A stretch of 35,763 nucleotides of DNA from a virus (IMGVR_UViG_3300045988_049511:1-35763); one strand, 5' to 3'. Positions 25,466-35,063 are shown, numbered from the stretch's first letter. Made by a program: numbers and translations. The notes: generated by a model from the sequence alone, not told the origin.

Positions 25466-25492
25466 GGTCGCAGGAAACTGCGGCCTTTTTTT
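25466..25492 (+). terminator. Rho-independent terminator after the tape measure gene
   Basis: GGTCGCAG-GAAA-CTGCGGCC forms an 8-bp stem (one G-U) with a GNRA loop, followed by T7 (25486-25492). Confidence 0.8.
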
Positions 25493-25537
25493 GTGCCCTG
25501 TTGGACAGAAAACGGGCAATGAATATTTCCCGGTAGA

Positions 25538-26656
25538 ATGGCAACTTTTAATCGAAATATACCCTTCTACTGGGCAGAATTGAGCGACAACGAGGACGGC
25601 ATGGTGTGCGTATCTCTTGTCGACGATCCGGCCGTTGATCGCAACTTCATGGCATTCTCGGCCGAGAAGAAGATTCCCGTGTGCGCGATCTCCAACGAGG
25701 AGAAGCGACTCGTGCGCGGTGTTCTCATGCGTGCCGACTTCCCGATCTATCGCGTCGCCCCCACCGGTGAGGAGTTCTACATCATCTTCTCGGCTCCTAC
25801 GATTCGCCGCATGACCGAGCGGTTTCTCGAACAGGGGAACCAGGGTAACGTCAACACAATGCACATCCCCGGATCCGACGTCGATGGGGTCAACCTCGTG
25901 CAGCTCTTCATCAAGGACAAATCGGCCGGCATCGACCCGGCGGGCTTCGAGGACGTGGAGGACGGCAGCCTCTTCGGCGAGTATCACGTGGCCAATGATG
26001 ACGTGTGGGAGGACATTAAAGCCGGGAAGTTCAAAGGCTTCTCCATCGAGGGGATCTTCTCTGTGTCCAAGGATTCACATCAGTTCAATAAACAACAAAT
26101 CAACGAAATGGCAAAACTTGAAAAACTCAAGACTCGGCTGGCAAAGCTCCTGGCCGAGTTCGGCGTAGTGTCCACCGACAAGGGCACGCTCTACTGGGAC
26201 GGAGACGAGGACTTGAAGGCCGGCGACATGGTGCACAAAGAGTCCGAAAGCGGTGAGCGCAGCGCGGCTCCCGATGGCCAGTACACCACGGAGGATGGAA
26301 AAACCATCACCGTCGTGGATGGCAAGGTCTCCGAGATCGTCGACCCGAAGGCAGAGGTTGACGGCGCGGGCGAAACGCCTCCCGCAGGCGGGACCGACCC
26401 GATGGGCCCGGAAGGCGACCCGTCGTCCCGTGACGCCGAAATGCAGGAGATCCGCAAGGAGATCTCCGACATCCGCGACATGGTCGAAAAGCTCATGGGC
26501 GCGATTGAATCCACCAAATCCGACGTGAAGGCCATGAAGCAGGCCCCGGCCGCTTCGTCGGCACACGAGGAGTTCAGAAACCTCACTCCCGGCAAGACCG
26601 GAGATTCGCGGCTCGATCACCTGGCCGCAGTCGTAGGCGCGAACGTGAAAAAGTAA
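25538..26656 (+). CDS. XkdF-like prohead protease fused to a scaffold-like C-terminal domain
   Basis: The N-terminal ~185 aa (VDDPAVDRNFMAF...NVNTMHIPGS...GSLFGEYHV...WEDIKAGKFKGFSIEG) resembles XkdF. The C-terminal half is acidic coiled coil. The gene lies directly upstream of the capsid gene. Confidence 0.75.
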   Translation: MATFNRNIPFYWAELSDNEDGMVCVSLVDDPAVDRNFMAFSAEKKIPVCAISNEEKRLVRGVLMRADFPIYRVAPTGEEFYIIFSAPTIRRMTERFLEQGNQGNVNTMHIPGSDVDGVNLVQLFIKDKSAGIDPAGFEDVEDGSLFGEYHVANDDVWEDIKAGKFKGFSIEGIFSVSKDSHQFNKQQINEMAKLEKLKTRLAKLLAEFGVVSTDKGTLYWDGDEDLKAGDMVHKESESGERSAAPDGQYTTEDGKTITVVDGKVSEIVDPKAEVDGAGETPPAGGTDPMGPEGDPSSRDAEMQEIRKEISDIRDMVEKLMGAIESTKSDVKAMKQAPAASSAHEEFRNLTPGKTGDSRLDHLAAVVGANVKK

Positions 26657-26675
26657 CCAAAAAACAGCAGACAAC

Positions 26676-27683
26676 ATGGCAACGAACAACATCATTGCAA
26701 CGTCGCTCCCCGAGTATGTGGAGCAGAACAAACTGCCGCTGATCAACAAGGTTGTGTTCGGCGGCCGCACCATCGGACTGATGGTCAAGCAGACCGGCAT
26801 CAAGACCAAGGCCGCTATCAACTACCTCGACACCGACCCGACCTTCCAGGACGGAAACGGCTGCGGATTCACGGCACAGGGTACCGCGACCCTTACCCAG
26901 CGCGAGATTGAGACGGGCCTCATCAAGGTGAACATGGACTTCTGTCCCGACACCCTGCTGGGCAAGTACGCCGAGTACCTCGTGCGTATCGGAGCCAACA
27001 GCGAGGAGCTGCCCTTCGAGCAGTACCTCATGGAGAACATCATCAGCCACATCAACAACAAGATGGAGATCGCCGTATGGCAGGGAGATACGTCGTCCGG
27101 CGACGATAACCTCAAACGCTTCGACGGTATGCTCAAAATCGCCACGGACGAGGCGGATGTCGTCGACGTGGCCATCGCCAAGGGAACCACGGCCTACGAC
27201 GCCATCAAGCAGGTCTACATGGCCATCCCCGAGGAGATCATCGAGCGCAACGACATCTACATCTTCGTCTCTCCGGAGCTGTTCCGTGAGTTCACGCAGG
27301 AGATGGTGGAGAAGAACTACTACCACTACTCCGGCCCGCAGAACGAGGCTCCCCGCGAGTTCATCTTCCCCGGCACCAACGTCCGCGTAACGAGTGCGCT
27401 CGGCCTCGCCGGAAAGCAGAACATCCTGGCGACGTACCGCGAGAACATGTTCTACGGCTGCGACGTCGAGAGCGACAAGGAGGAGATCAAGTTGTGGTTC
27501 TCGGACGACGACGACGTCTTCAAGATGAAGGTCAAGTGGAACGCAGGAACGCAGTTCGCATTCCCCGACCGTGTGGTACTCGGAACCATCGCCACGGAAA
27601 TGATGGCCAATTTGGCATCTGCACCCACCGATGAGGAAGCGGCAGCAGCTGCAGGATCCGATGAGGAAGCGGCAGCAAAGTGA
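26676..27683 (+). CDS. Major capsid protein
   Basis: 335 aa, located after the protease/scaffold gene and followed by a strong hairpin. The composition is typical of HK97-fold capsid proteins. Confidence 0.8.
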   Translation: MATNNIIATSLPEYVEQNKLPLINKVVFGGRTIGLMVKQTGIKTKAAINYLDTDPTFQDGNGCGFTAQGTATLTQREIETGLIKVNMDFCPDTLLGKYAEYLVRIGANSEELPFEQYLMENIISHINNKMEIAVWQGDTSSGDDNLKRFDGMLKIATDEADVVDVAIAKGTTAYDAIKQVYMAIPEEIIERNDIYIFVSPELFREFTQEMVEKNYYHYSGPQNEAPREFIFPGTNVRVTSALGLAGKQNILATYRENMFYGCDVESDKEEIKLWFSDDDDVFKMKVKWNAGTQFAFPDRVVLGTIATEMMANLASAPTDEEAAAAAGSDEEAAAK

Positions 27684-27689
27684 TAACCA

Positions 27690-27719
27690 GGCCCGGGCGG
27701 GCTTCGGTTCGCTCGGGCC
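27690..27719 (+). other. Strong GC hairpin after the capsid gene, with no T-run
   Basis: GGCCCGGGCG pairs with CGCTCGGGCC (10 bp, one G-U) around a loop containing CTTCGG. Confidence 0.6.
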
Positions 27720-27734
27720 ATAAACTTCAAGAAA

Positions 27735-28250
27735 ATGGCATGTTCGCAAACTTTTAACGGCATTCCCTACGATTGCGCCTCGACTATGGGCGGCATTCGT
27801 GAGGTCTATATCGCCAACTATGACGACGTCGAGAACGTGACCGCAGAGTCGGATCAGATCAACGCCATCACCATGGTGGCGGAAAAGAAGTTCAAGAAGT
27901 ATCTTTTCCGAAAGGGCACCAGCAGAATGACGTCGACGCTGAATGTCGACCAGGCGAACGGCGTGAACTACGTCAGCACCGACCTGGTCATGCTGTTCAG
28001 CAAGATGGAAACGGCGAAGCGCATCGAGATCAACGCAATGGCCACGGGCGAAATGGCCGTCATCGTCAAGGACAACAACGGCAAATTCTGGTATCTCGGC
28101 TACGACGAGCCGGTGATGGCCAGCGCCGGAGACGGTCAGACCGGGACGGCGGCATCGGACGCCAACCGGTACAGCATCACACTGCAGGATCAGTCGCTCG
28201 CCTTCCCTTACGAGGTGGAGGCATCGGTCATCGAGACTATCGTCGATTAA
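27735..28250 (+). CDS. Abundant structural protein, putative major tail (tube) protein
   Basis: 171 aa, flanked by the upstream hairpin and a downstream terminator. The functional call is weak. Confidence 0.45.
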   Translation: MACSQTFNGIPYDCASTMGGIREVYIANYDDVENVTAESDQINAITMVAEKKFKKYLFRKGTSRMTSTLNVDQANGVNYVSTDLVMLFSKMETAKRIEINAMATGEMAVIVKDNNGKFWYLGYDEPVMASAGDGQTGTAASDANRYSITLQDQSLAFPYEVEASVIETIVD

Positions 28251-28264
28251 CCAACAACCATCCG

Positions 28265-28295
28265 GGGCGCATCGACAACCGGTGCGCCCTTTTTT
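28265..28295 (+). terminator. Rho-independent terminator
   Basis: GGGCGCA (28265-28271) pairs with TGCGCCC (28283-28289), followed by T6 (28290-28295). Confidence 0.8.
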
Positions 28296-28302
28296 CTGAA
28301 AC

Positions 28303-28605
28303 ATGAAACTGACGCAAGAAGAAATAGCAATCGTATCGAAGTGGGAGATGAATCTCCGTACGGCGGTGCGGTCGAAGTACCTCCGGCACGTGGGGCGCAT
28401 GGCCATTGAGACGATGGTGCCTATCTACGAGCGGGCGACGGGTTACCGCATTCGCGTGAACAGCAACTGCGGGGCCTGTGTTCTTAACTTCCTGCAGCGG
28501 ATGGGCGCTATCTACTTCGCAGATCTCGAAGAGATGGAAGCAGCCAAAAACGCACAGCCGGAGACCGTGGCGCCCAAGCGCCAAACGAAAAGGAAAAAGC
28601 AATGA
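28303..28605 (+). CDS. Hypothetical structural-module protein
   Basis: 100 aa with a basic C-terminal tail. ATGA overlap with the next gene. Confidence 0.65.
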   Translation: MKLTQEEIAIVSKWEMNLRTAVRSKYLRHVGRMAIETMVPIYERATGYRIRVNSNCGACVLNFLQRMGAIYFADLEEMEAAKNAQPETVAPKRQTKRKKQ

Positions 28606-28928
28606 TCTACGCCAAGCAGACATCCGACGTACAGACGCTCTACATCCCGCGCAGCATGTTCATGACGCAGGCCGGGGTGTTCGTCCTCTCCGTGAAGAAT
28701 ACGGTGGGGCTTGATCGCATGGGCATCAAGCCGGACGGCGTTGTGCTCGGCCCGCTGTATTACGAGGTAACCGTGTCATTCCCGGATGGCATGACGGAGG
28801 GCGAATACGAGTACGAACTCACGCAGGGAGGGTGTCTGATGGCTTCAGGTCTTATGATTGTGGGCGATTACGACGAGCCGATATCGGAATTTGCCCAATC
28901 AATTCAATACAAGCAGTATGGCAGATGA
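28602..28928 (+). CDS. Hypothetical structural-module protein
   Basis: 108 aa clean ORF that overlaps the portal start by 11 nt. Confidence 0.65.
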   Translation: MIYAKQTSDVQTLYIPRSMFMTQAGVFVLSVKNTVGLDRMGIKPDGVVLGPLYYEVTVSFPDGMTEGEYEYELTQGGCLMASGLMIVGDYDEPISEFAQSIQYKQYGR

Positions 28929-30015
28929 CAAGAAGAAAATATCGCTGTCGTTCGCGGCGTTGAACCCGTACATAGAGCAGTCGATCATCTCACCCAAGGA
29001 GGAGAAGTATCCCGGCCGGGAGTTCATCCAGTGGGGTGATCATAATGCATATCCCGACTACCTCGAAGATCTCTGCGAGAATGTCGCATCGCTGCAGAGC
29101 ATCATTGACGGGTCGGCCGACTATGTTTGCGGCGAGCGGGTCAACGTGTCGAGAGCCCTGCAAGGTCAGTACATGAACCGGAAGAAGCAGACAGCCGACG
29201 ACCTTGTCCGCGACTTGGCCGTCTCGTTCTTCACCTACGGCGGATTCGCCGTGCAGGTGATCCGCAGCCAGAGCGGCGACATAGCCGAGCTGTACGCCAT
29301 GGATATGAAAAACCTGCGCTGCGACAAGGACAACGAAGTCTTCTACTACTCGGAGACGTGGAATCGCCGCTTCTCAATGGTCAAGACGCTCGTGTATCCG
29401 AAGTTCATCCCGGAGGCGCGCGGCATCGCCTCATCCGTGCTGTTCGTCAAGAACACGGCATACCACACCTACCCGCGGCCCAAGTATGCCGCCTGTCTCA
29501 AAGCCTGCGAGATCGAGAGAAGCATCGACGAATACCACCTGAACTCCATCAACAACGGATTCATGGGATCTGTTCTTGTGAATTTCAATAACGGAACCCC
29601 CACAGACGAGGAGCAGGAGGAAATCGAGAAGGGTATCAACGAGAAGTTTGCCGGGAAAAGCAATGCAGGGCGAATCGTTATCGCCTACAATGATACGAAG
29701 GAGAACGCCACGACGATCGAGAACATCGACGTGCCCGATTACGGCGACCGCTACGACTCCCTCGCCAAACGAAGCCGTCAGCAGATCTTCACGGCTTTCC
29801 GGGCCAACCCGAATCTGTTCGGCATCCCGACGGAAAACCTGGGATTCTCGCAGGAGGAGTACGACGCCGCTTTCAGACTCTACAACAGGACGCAGATCAT
29901 GCCGGTGCAGAAGCTCATCTGCAGATCCATCGGCAAAATCTTCGGCGACCAGAACTATATGACGATCGAACCTTTTACACTTGCGCAAAATGGCAGAAGT
30001 TCTACTGACATCTGA
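28918..30015 (+). CDS. Portal protein
   Basis: The 365-aa version starts at MADDKKK. The NNGFMGSVLVNF...EEQEEIEKGINEKFAGKSNAGRIVIAYND...IFTAFRANPNLFGIP pattern is typical of portal families. The ORF-track start at 28858 is a TTG. Confidence 0.75.
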   Translation: MADDKKKISLSFAALNPYIEQSIISPKEEKYPGREFIQWGDHNAYPDYLEDLCENVASLQSIIDGSADYVCGERVNVSRALQGQYMNRKKQTADDLVRDLAVSFFTYGGFAVQVIRSQSGDIAELYAMDMKNLRCDKDNEVFYYSETWNRRFSMVKTLVYPKFIPEARGIASSVLFVKNTAYHTYPRPKYAACLKACEIERSIDEYHLNSINNGFMGSVLVNFNNGTPTDEEQEEIEKGINEKFAGKSNAGRIVIAYNDTKENATTIENIDVPDYGDRYDSLAKRSRQQIFTAFRANPNLFGIPTENLGFSQEEYDAAFRLYNRTQIMPVQKLICRSIGKIFGDQNYMTIEPFTLAQNGRSSTDI

Positions 30016-30535
30016 AGAGTTCGTGAAGAGCATCTCGAACATCAGCGATAACCTCGCCGGGAAGTATATGCTTCCGGCTATCCGCGAGGCGCAGGAGATC
30101 AACCTCCGGGAGATACTCGGAGATGCCCTCACGGACAAACTGAAGGAGATCGTGGAATTGGGGCAGGTGAATAACCCCGAGAATGCGATATACAAGGAGT
30201 TGATCGAGGTCTCGCAATACTTCCTCGCCTATCAGACGATCGCGGGGCTGCCCTACAAGGTAGGATACAAGATCGGGAACATCGGCGTGGCGAAGACTAC
30301 CGACACCAACGTGCAGGGTAGTACGCTTGCCGAGATCTCGAACATCCAGAACTACTACCAGAGCAAGGCGGACTTCTATGCGGCCAAGATCCAGCGCTTC
30401 GCCATGGAACACTATGCGCAGCTCCCGGAGCTGACGCAGAACGACTGCTACCACATTCGAAAGAACCTTCACAGCTCCGCAACGTGCAGCATCTGGCTGG
30501 GCGGCGCTCGTGGCAAAATATACGGAAAGAAATGA
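29990..30535 (+). CDS. Head-tail connector / head completion candidate
   Basis: ATG at 29990 ([11 protein letters not shown]), located after the portal. The function is positional only. Confidence 0.5.
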   Translation: MAEVLLTSEEFVKSISNISDNLAGKYMLPAIREAQEINLREILGDALTDKLKEIVELGQVNNPENAIYKELIEVSQYFLAYQTIAGLPYKVGYKIGNIGVAKTTDTNVQGSTLAEISNIQNYYQSKADFYAAKIQRFAMEHYAQLPELTQNDCYHIRKNLHSSATCSIWLGGARGKIYGKK

Positions 30536-31785
30536 CGCTCGAAGAAACAATCCGCACGCTTGAAGCCGTCGCCCTGCAACAGCAGAGCGTGGCGATGGTC
30601 ATCGACAACGACATCTTCAAGCTCAACGCCATCCCCAATGCCAAATATGCGGTGTTCGCCTACACGCAGGGCGAGCATCTGACCAGCGTGAGCGGGGATC
30701 TGGCAACATACCGGCTGACCCTGTTCTATGTCGACCGCCTGCTGGCCGACAAGAGCAATCAGACGCAGATCCAAAGCACGGGGACGCAGGTGCTCCGCAA
30801 TATCCTGACGATGATGTCGGAGTTGGACTTCCAGGTAGACAATATGCCGATCCAGCCCTTCACCCAGCAGTTCGTAGACGAATGCGCCGGCGTGTACTGC
30901 TCGGTGGCTATCGGAGCCGCCAATGGCTGCGAGTGTATGCCGGGATTCACTGAGGTCCTCCGCAAATTGAATGCGGCGACTGATAAGGCCAATGAAGCTG
31001 CAGATCGGGCAAGCGCTCTTGCCGACAACCCTCCCAAAATCGTGCTCAACGATCAAGGCTATTTCTGGGCGTTCTACGACGAGGACACGAAGCAGTATGT
31101 GGTTTCGGAATATCCGGCTCGAGGCGAGAAGGGCGACCCTGGCGCGGACGCTGCAATCACGGGCGCCACGGCTTCGGTAGGGTCGGGCGTAGGCAATCCG
31201 ACGGTCAACGTCACGGCGGGCGGCACACCGCAGGCCCGCACGTTCGACTTCGCGTTCGACGGCCTTACCCCGTCCATCACGGCGGATGCGGAGGGCGTGA
31301 TCTACTCCAACGGCACGCGGGTTACGGATGTCATCAAGACGGCGGTAGGGCTGGCCACGACGGCTACTGGAAACGCCAACAATGCGGCCTCCAAAGCCAA
31401 CGAGGTTGCAACCAACCCTCCCAAGATCGTGGATGTGGACGGCATGGCCTATTGGGCTTTCTATGACATCGAAACGCAGCAGTACGTCACCTCGGAGTTC
31501 CGGGCCGACGACGGCACCATCGTGCAGCAGGTCGAGGGCTCTGCCGTTTCGCTGGACGTCAAGGGCGGGACGATGTACGTCTGCGGAGAACTGACCTCGC
31601 TGAATATTGCGAGCGTCGAGAACTCGACGAAGCCGTCGATCATTCGCTTCACGTCGGGAACTACGGCTACGCAATTCTCATACCCGGAGAATTTCAGCAT
31701 CACGGGCTGGACGAAACCCGAGGAAAACAAGAGTTACACCATCTGCATCCTGTTCGGTGCGGGCAACATGACCTACGATGAATAG
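30532..31785 (+). CDS. Fibre-like structural protein with an internal duplicated module
   Basis: 417 aa from MTLEETIR, with an ATGA overlap. It carries two copies of ANE..(A)..NPPKIV...YW/FWAFYD..T.QYV.SE. Confidence 0.65.
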   Translation: MTLEETIRTLEAVALQQQSVAMVIDNDIFKLNAIPNAKYAVFAYTQGEHLTSVSGDLATYRLTLFYVDRLLADKSNQTQIQSTGTQVLRNILTMMSELDFQVDNMPIQPFTQQFVDECAGVYCSVAIGAANGCECMPGFTEVLRKLNAATDKANEAADRASALADNPPKIVLNDQGYFWAFYDEDTKQYVVSEYPARGEKGDPGADAAITGATASVGSGVGNPTVNVTAGGTPQARTFDFAFDGLTPSITADAEGVIYSNGTRVTDVIKTAVGLATTATGNANNAASKANEVATNPPKIVDVDGMAYWAFYDIETQQYVTSEFRADDGTIVQQVEGSAVSLDVKGGTMYVCGELTSLNIASVENSTKPSIIRFTSGTTATQFSYPENFSITGWTKPEENKSYTICILFGAGNMTYDE

Positions 31786-32530
31786 CCTTTTGTACTACTA
31801 CAACAACGTGCAGAAGATGGCCGCCTACCGGCAGGCCAAGAGGATGCAGCTCGGGGCTCTCACGGCGCAGGGCGGATTCTCTACAACTGATCCAGCCTTG
31901 CGACAAGTGCCGTGCACTATTCAGTGTGTGTTTGTGCCTACTATCATATCTTCCGGATTGCAAGTTGTTTTTAATACAAAAGGTTTTAGTCAAACTCCAA
32001 GAATAGATGTTACTGCATCCGGACTGGTTCAAACATACGGCGGAGGCGATATCATGTATTCAAAAGCAGTGTCTATTAATTCGGTGTATGATATTGTATA
32101 TGTTCTCACTGATTCAAACACGACTCTGTATGTAAATGGCGAAAAAGTTAAGGAATCTCCTGCTTGTGATCCTATGACGTTGTATAACGTAGGATATTAT
32201 TTGGATAATAATAAATTATATTTCCAAGGCGACTATATTCTGCACCGCCACTTCAAAGGTGCCATGAGCGCTGACGAGGTGAAGGCCCTTGACAACAACG
32301 GCGACCCGATGGGGTACGTCGTGCCGAAGGCGAAAAGGGACGGACTCCTTGCGGAATACCTGCCGCAGAATCTGATGTATAGTAAGGACGACAAGGCGAT
32401 CGCAACCTCCTGGCTCGACAGCGCGAAGCAAATGCCTTTGTCGGACGAGTACATGGAGCCGCTGTTCCAGTCGATAGGCGGCTACGACATGGCGGCAAAC
32501 GGCGCGCCGGAGATCCTCTACAACGAATAA
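31778..32530 (+). CDS. LamG/concanavalin-like lectin-fold protein (putative receptor-binding or glycan-binding)
   Basis: TLYVNGEKV and [13 protein letters not shown] resemble LamG_3-type domains. The central 300 nt is about 35% GC by hand count. Confidence 0.55.
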   Translation: MNSLLYYYNNVQKMAAYRQAKRMQLGALTAQGGFSTTDPALRQVPCTIQCVFVPTIISSGLQVVFNTKGFSQTPRIDVTASGLVQTYGGGDIMYSKAVSINSVYDIVYVLTDSNTTLYVNGEKVKESPACDPMTLYNVGYYLDNNKLYFQGDYILHRHFKGAMSADEVKALDNNGDPMGYVVPKAKRDGLLAEYLPQNLMYSKDDKAIATSWLDSAKQMPLSDEYMEPLFQSIGGYDMAANGAPEILYNE

Positions 32531-32545
32531 CAAACAGCAATAGCT

Positions 32546-33229
32546 ATGCAATACGCAAAACTTGAAAACGGATATTTGATCCCGGCTCCTGGCGAGGTAC
32601 GGCAAGGCGGGATGGTCATCATGAACCCCGGGCCCGATATCCTCGGTTCGATGGGGTACAAGCCCGTGGAATACACGGATCGCCCGGAGATCACGACGCC
32701 GGGCAATGAACTACGGGAAGTTTACGCCGACAGCGGCGACCGCATCACGGTGACGTGGGAGGAGTACACTCCGGAGCCGGCGCCGTATGTCCCCGAGCCG
32801 ATCCCCGACACGACGATCAGGCAGGTGGCCATGTTCGCCACTATGGCGGTGAATACGATGTCATTATCCGACGAACAGTCGCTGGAGATCAAGGACCTCT
32901 ATCCCGAATGGGCTTCGTTCATCGGCAAGTCGCTCGACGCCGGATTCAAGGTGCTATACGAAGGGCGGCTCTACAAGGTCCGCCAGCAGATTGCCACGGT
33001 GCTGGAGAATCAGGCCCCGTCGGAACTTACGGCTGCGCTCTACGAGGAGATCAACGAGACGGCAGCCGGAACGCTGGACGACCCGATTCCGTACAACGGA
33101 AATATGAAGTTGTTCGAGGGCAAATATTACTCACAGAACGGCGTGACCTACAAGTGCACCCGCTCCACGGGACAGGCCGTGTACCACGATTTGAGTGCGC
33201 TGGTGGGGCTCTACGTTGAAAAGGCATAA
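32546..33229 (+). CDS. Hypothetical tail-associated protein with an aromatic-rich C-terminus
   Basis: 227 aa. LYEGRLYKVRQ and GKYYSQNGVTYKCTRS resemble small carbohydrate-binding repeats (weak). Confidence 0.5.
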   Translation: MQYAKLENGYLIPAPGEVRQGGMVIMNPGPDILGSMGYKPVEYTDRPEITTPGNELREVYADSGDRITVTWEEYTPEPAPYVPEPIPDTTIRQVAMFATMAVNTMSLSDEQSLEIKDLYPEWASFIGKSLDAGFKVLYEGRLYKVRQQIATVLENQAPSELTAALYEEINETAAGTLDDPIPYNGNMKLFEGKYYSQNGVTYKCTRSTGQAVYHDLSALVGLYVEKA

Positions 33230-33234
33230 CGACC

Positions 33235-33519
33235 ATGAAGCAGATTTTTGACAAGATCGTCGGCTGGCTGAACGGCATCGGGGCCGACAAGTACAAGCAC
33301 CAGGCGCTGGGGTCGGACATCGCGGCCGTCGTCCTGCTGGCGCTGGTGTGGTTCGTTCCCCAGTGGCTGGCGCTGACGGCCTCGGTCGTGGCGGTGATCG
33401 TGGCGGCTGTCGGCAAGGAAAAGGCCGACGCCAAGACGGATCTCCGCGATATCGTGGCCACCCTATGCGGAGGCGCCGTCGTGTGGCTCCCTTTCCTGAT
33501 TGCAATCCTGATTGTGTAG
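33235..33519 (+). CDS. Membrane protein (holin/antiholin candidate)
   Basis: 94 aa with about three hydrophobic helices. It is the first gene of the lysis cassette. Confidence 0.6.
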   Translation: MKQIFDKIVGWLNGIGADKYKHQALGSDIAAVVLLALVWFVPQWLALTASVVAVIVAAVGKEKADAKTDLRDIVATLCGGAVVWLPFLIAILIV

Positions 33520-33523
33520 TGAT

Positions 33524-34006
33524 ATGTTCGACATCCTCCTCGATACATTCGGGCTCGAGGCCATCGTCCTGCGGCGGGCCGCCCTGTTGGAGATCATCAT
33601 CTGGGCGGTGATGCTCGTGGCCGTGATGATCGACATGCGGGCCGGGATCCGCAAGGCCCGGGCGCTGCACCAGCCGATTGATTCGCACGGCCTGCGCCGC
33701 ACCTTCACCAAGTTCGGCGACTACGGCAAGGTCACGGCGCTCTTCATGTGCGTGGATGTGCTGGGCCTGCTGTTCGGCCTCTACTCGATGCCCTACGCCT
33801 CGGGAGCTGCCGCCGTGATCGCGGTCGGCATCGAGGCGTGGAGCGTGCGCGAGAACCTGCGTGCTGCGCGCTCCTCGGCGGCCAAGGTGACGGACATCGT
33901 GGCGGGACTGGCCAAGACGCAGGACATGAAGGAGGTGATCGAGTTCATCCGGCAGCTCGACCGCGTGCGGGCCGAGGCTGCGAGTAAAACCAAAGACCAA
34001 ACCTAA
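33524..34006 (+). CDS. Holin (phage_holin_4_1-like)
   Basis: It has multiple TM helices plus IEAWSVRENL, which resembles the E..SI.EN motif of that holin family. The start is taken at ATG 33524. Confidence 0.65.
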   Translation: MFDILLDTFGLEAIVLRRAALLEIIIWAVMLVAVMIDMRAGIRKARALHQPIDSHGLRRTFTKFGDYGKVTALFMCVDVLGLLFGLYSMPYASGAAAVIAVGIEAWSVRENLRAARSSAAKVTDIVAGLAKTQDMKEVIEFIRQLDRVRAEAASKTKDQT

Positions 34007-34021
34007 TAAAACATTGCGATT

Positions 34022-34201
34022 ATGACAAAGACAACCAAAACCATTCTGATCGTTGCCGCCGTGCTGGTGGCTCTCGTCGTGCTGTTCAACTTCCTGCCCG
34101 GTGGTGTTCGCATCGCCTCGACGATCTCCGCCGGCGTAGGCTTCATTGCCGGCATTATCGCTAAGACGTGGTATGACCGCGAAACCAAAAAGGAGGAGTA
34201 G
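34022..34201 (+). CDS. Small two-TM protein (59 aa), below the ORF-track cutoff
   Basis: Hand translation: MTKTTKTILIVAAVLVALVVLFNFLPGGVRIASTISAGVGFIAGIIAKTWYDRETKKEE. It fills the gap between holin and lysin. Confidence 0.55.
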   Translation: MTKTTKTILIVAAVLVALVVLFNFLPGGVRIASTISAGVGFIAGIIAKTWYDRETKKEE

Positions 34202-34203
34202 CC

Positions 34204-34614
34204 ATGTCGAGAGGTCTTCGGAATAACAACCCGTTGAACATCGAGAAAACGAAGGGCGGGAATCCGTGGCAGGGGGAGATAGTGCCGTCCGCGGACAGCC
34301 GATTCGCGCAGTTTACGTCCGCAGCTTACGGCTATCGGGCGGCGTTCAAACTGCTGAACAACTACCAGCGTAACTATGGGCTTGACACAATTCGCAAGAT
34401 GATATACCGCTGGGCACCGGCCAATGAGAATCATACCGACAATTACGTGAATGTAGTATCCAACCGGTCCGGCGTGCCGGCAGACAGCCGCATAACTACT
34501 ACCAATCGTGACGTCATGGTACCTATCGTGGCTGCCATGTCGTTCGTCGAGAACGGTGTAGAGGCCAAAATGCCGGATGTGGAAGCCGGATGGAAGTTGT
34601 TCATGCAAAACTGA
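34204..34614 (+). CDS. Putative peptidoglycan hydrolase / endolysin (RNNNP-x-NI family, as I recall annotated 'structural protein P5'-like in databases)
   Basis: GLRNNNPLNIEK...NPWQGE...YRWAPANENHTDNYV. Its position after the holins supports the call. Confidence 0.55.
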   Translation: MSRGLRNNNPLNIEKTKGGNPWQGEIVPSADSRFAQFTSAAYGYRAAFKLLNNYQRNYGLDTIRKMIYRWAPANENHTDNYVNVVSNRSGVPADSRITTTNRDVMVPIVAAMSFVENGVEAKMPDVEAGWKLFMQN

Positions 34615-34619
34615 TAGCC

Positions 34620-35063
34620 ATGAGACGTATATTCTACAACAGTTGGCTGGCCAAGTGCCTGCTTTGGCCGGGATATTCCACGGCCATGCTCTTCGGCTAT
34701 ATCTGCACGAAGCGTAAGTCGAGCACCCCGCTATCGTATAAGACGAAGTAGCATGAGAGCATCCACGCCGAGCAGTACAACGAGGTCACGATGCTCGCAT
34801 TCCTGGTTGCCCTGATCCTGCAGATCCTCTTCGGCGGCGGCTGGTGGTTCGTGCCGGTTCCGGTCGTGTATTACGTGCTGTACTTCCTCGAAGCGGCGAT
34901 CACGTGGACCATTCGGTTGTGCACGAGCGGCTGGACCGCGGCGGCAGAGATGGCTTATGACAACTCGATGTTCGAGCAGGAGGCCCGGGCCGGAGAGGAT
35001 GTATCCGGGCATATCGAAACGCGGAAATTCCTCGCTTTCCTGCATTATTTCGGACGGATATGA
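34620..35063 (+). pseudogene. Membrane HExxH-motif protein interrupted by one in-frame TAG (34749-34751): pseudogene, readthrough or recoding
   Basis: 34620-34748 encodes MRRIFYNSWLAKCLLWPGYSTAMLFGYICTKRKSSTPLSYKTK. TAG follows, and the same frame continues HESIHAEQYNEVTMLAFLV... to 35063. Confidence 0.6.

Noticed and set aside
26583-28406. 607-aa minus-strand ORF, the longest minus-strand ORF in the late region
   Set aside because: It lies opposite the capsid and tube-like genes and crosses two plus-strand terminators. The composition is Arg/Val/Leu/Asp/His-rich with no motifs, so it is a shadow ORF.
28858-28917. Portal start at 28858 as in the ORF track
   Set aside because: That start is a TTG deep inside the preceding gene. 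ATG 28918 (MADDKKK) gives the usual short overlap.
30469-31674. 401-aa minus-strand ORF
   Set aside because: It is antisense to the fibre-like gene and has the same shadow-ORF composition.
19863-32530. Diversity-generating retroelement acting on tail or lectin-fold genes
   Set aside because: No reverse transcriptase gene occurs anywhere in the genome, and I found no template/variable repeat pair. The compositional islands are better explained by recombination.
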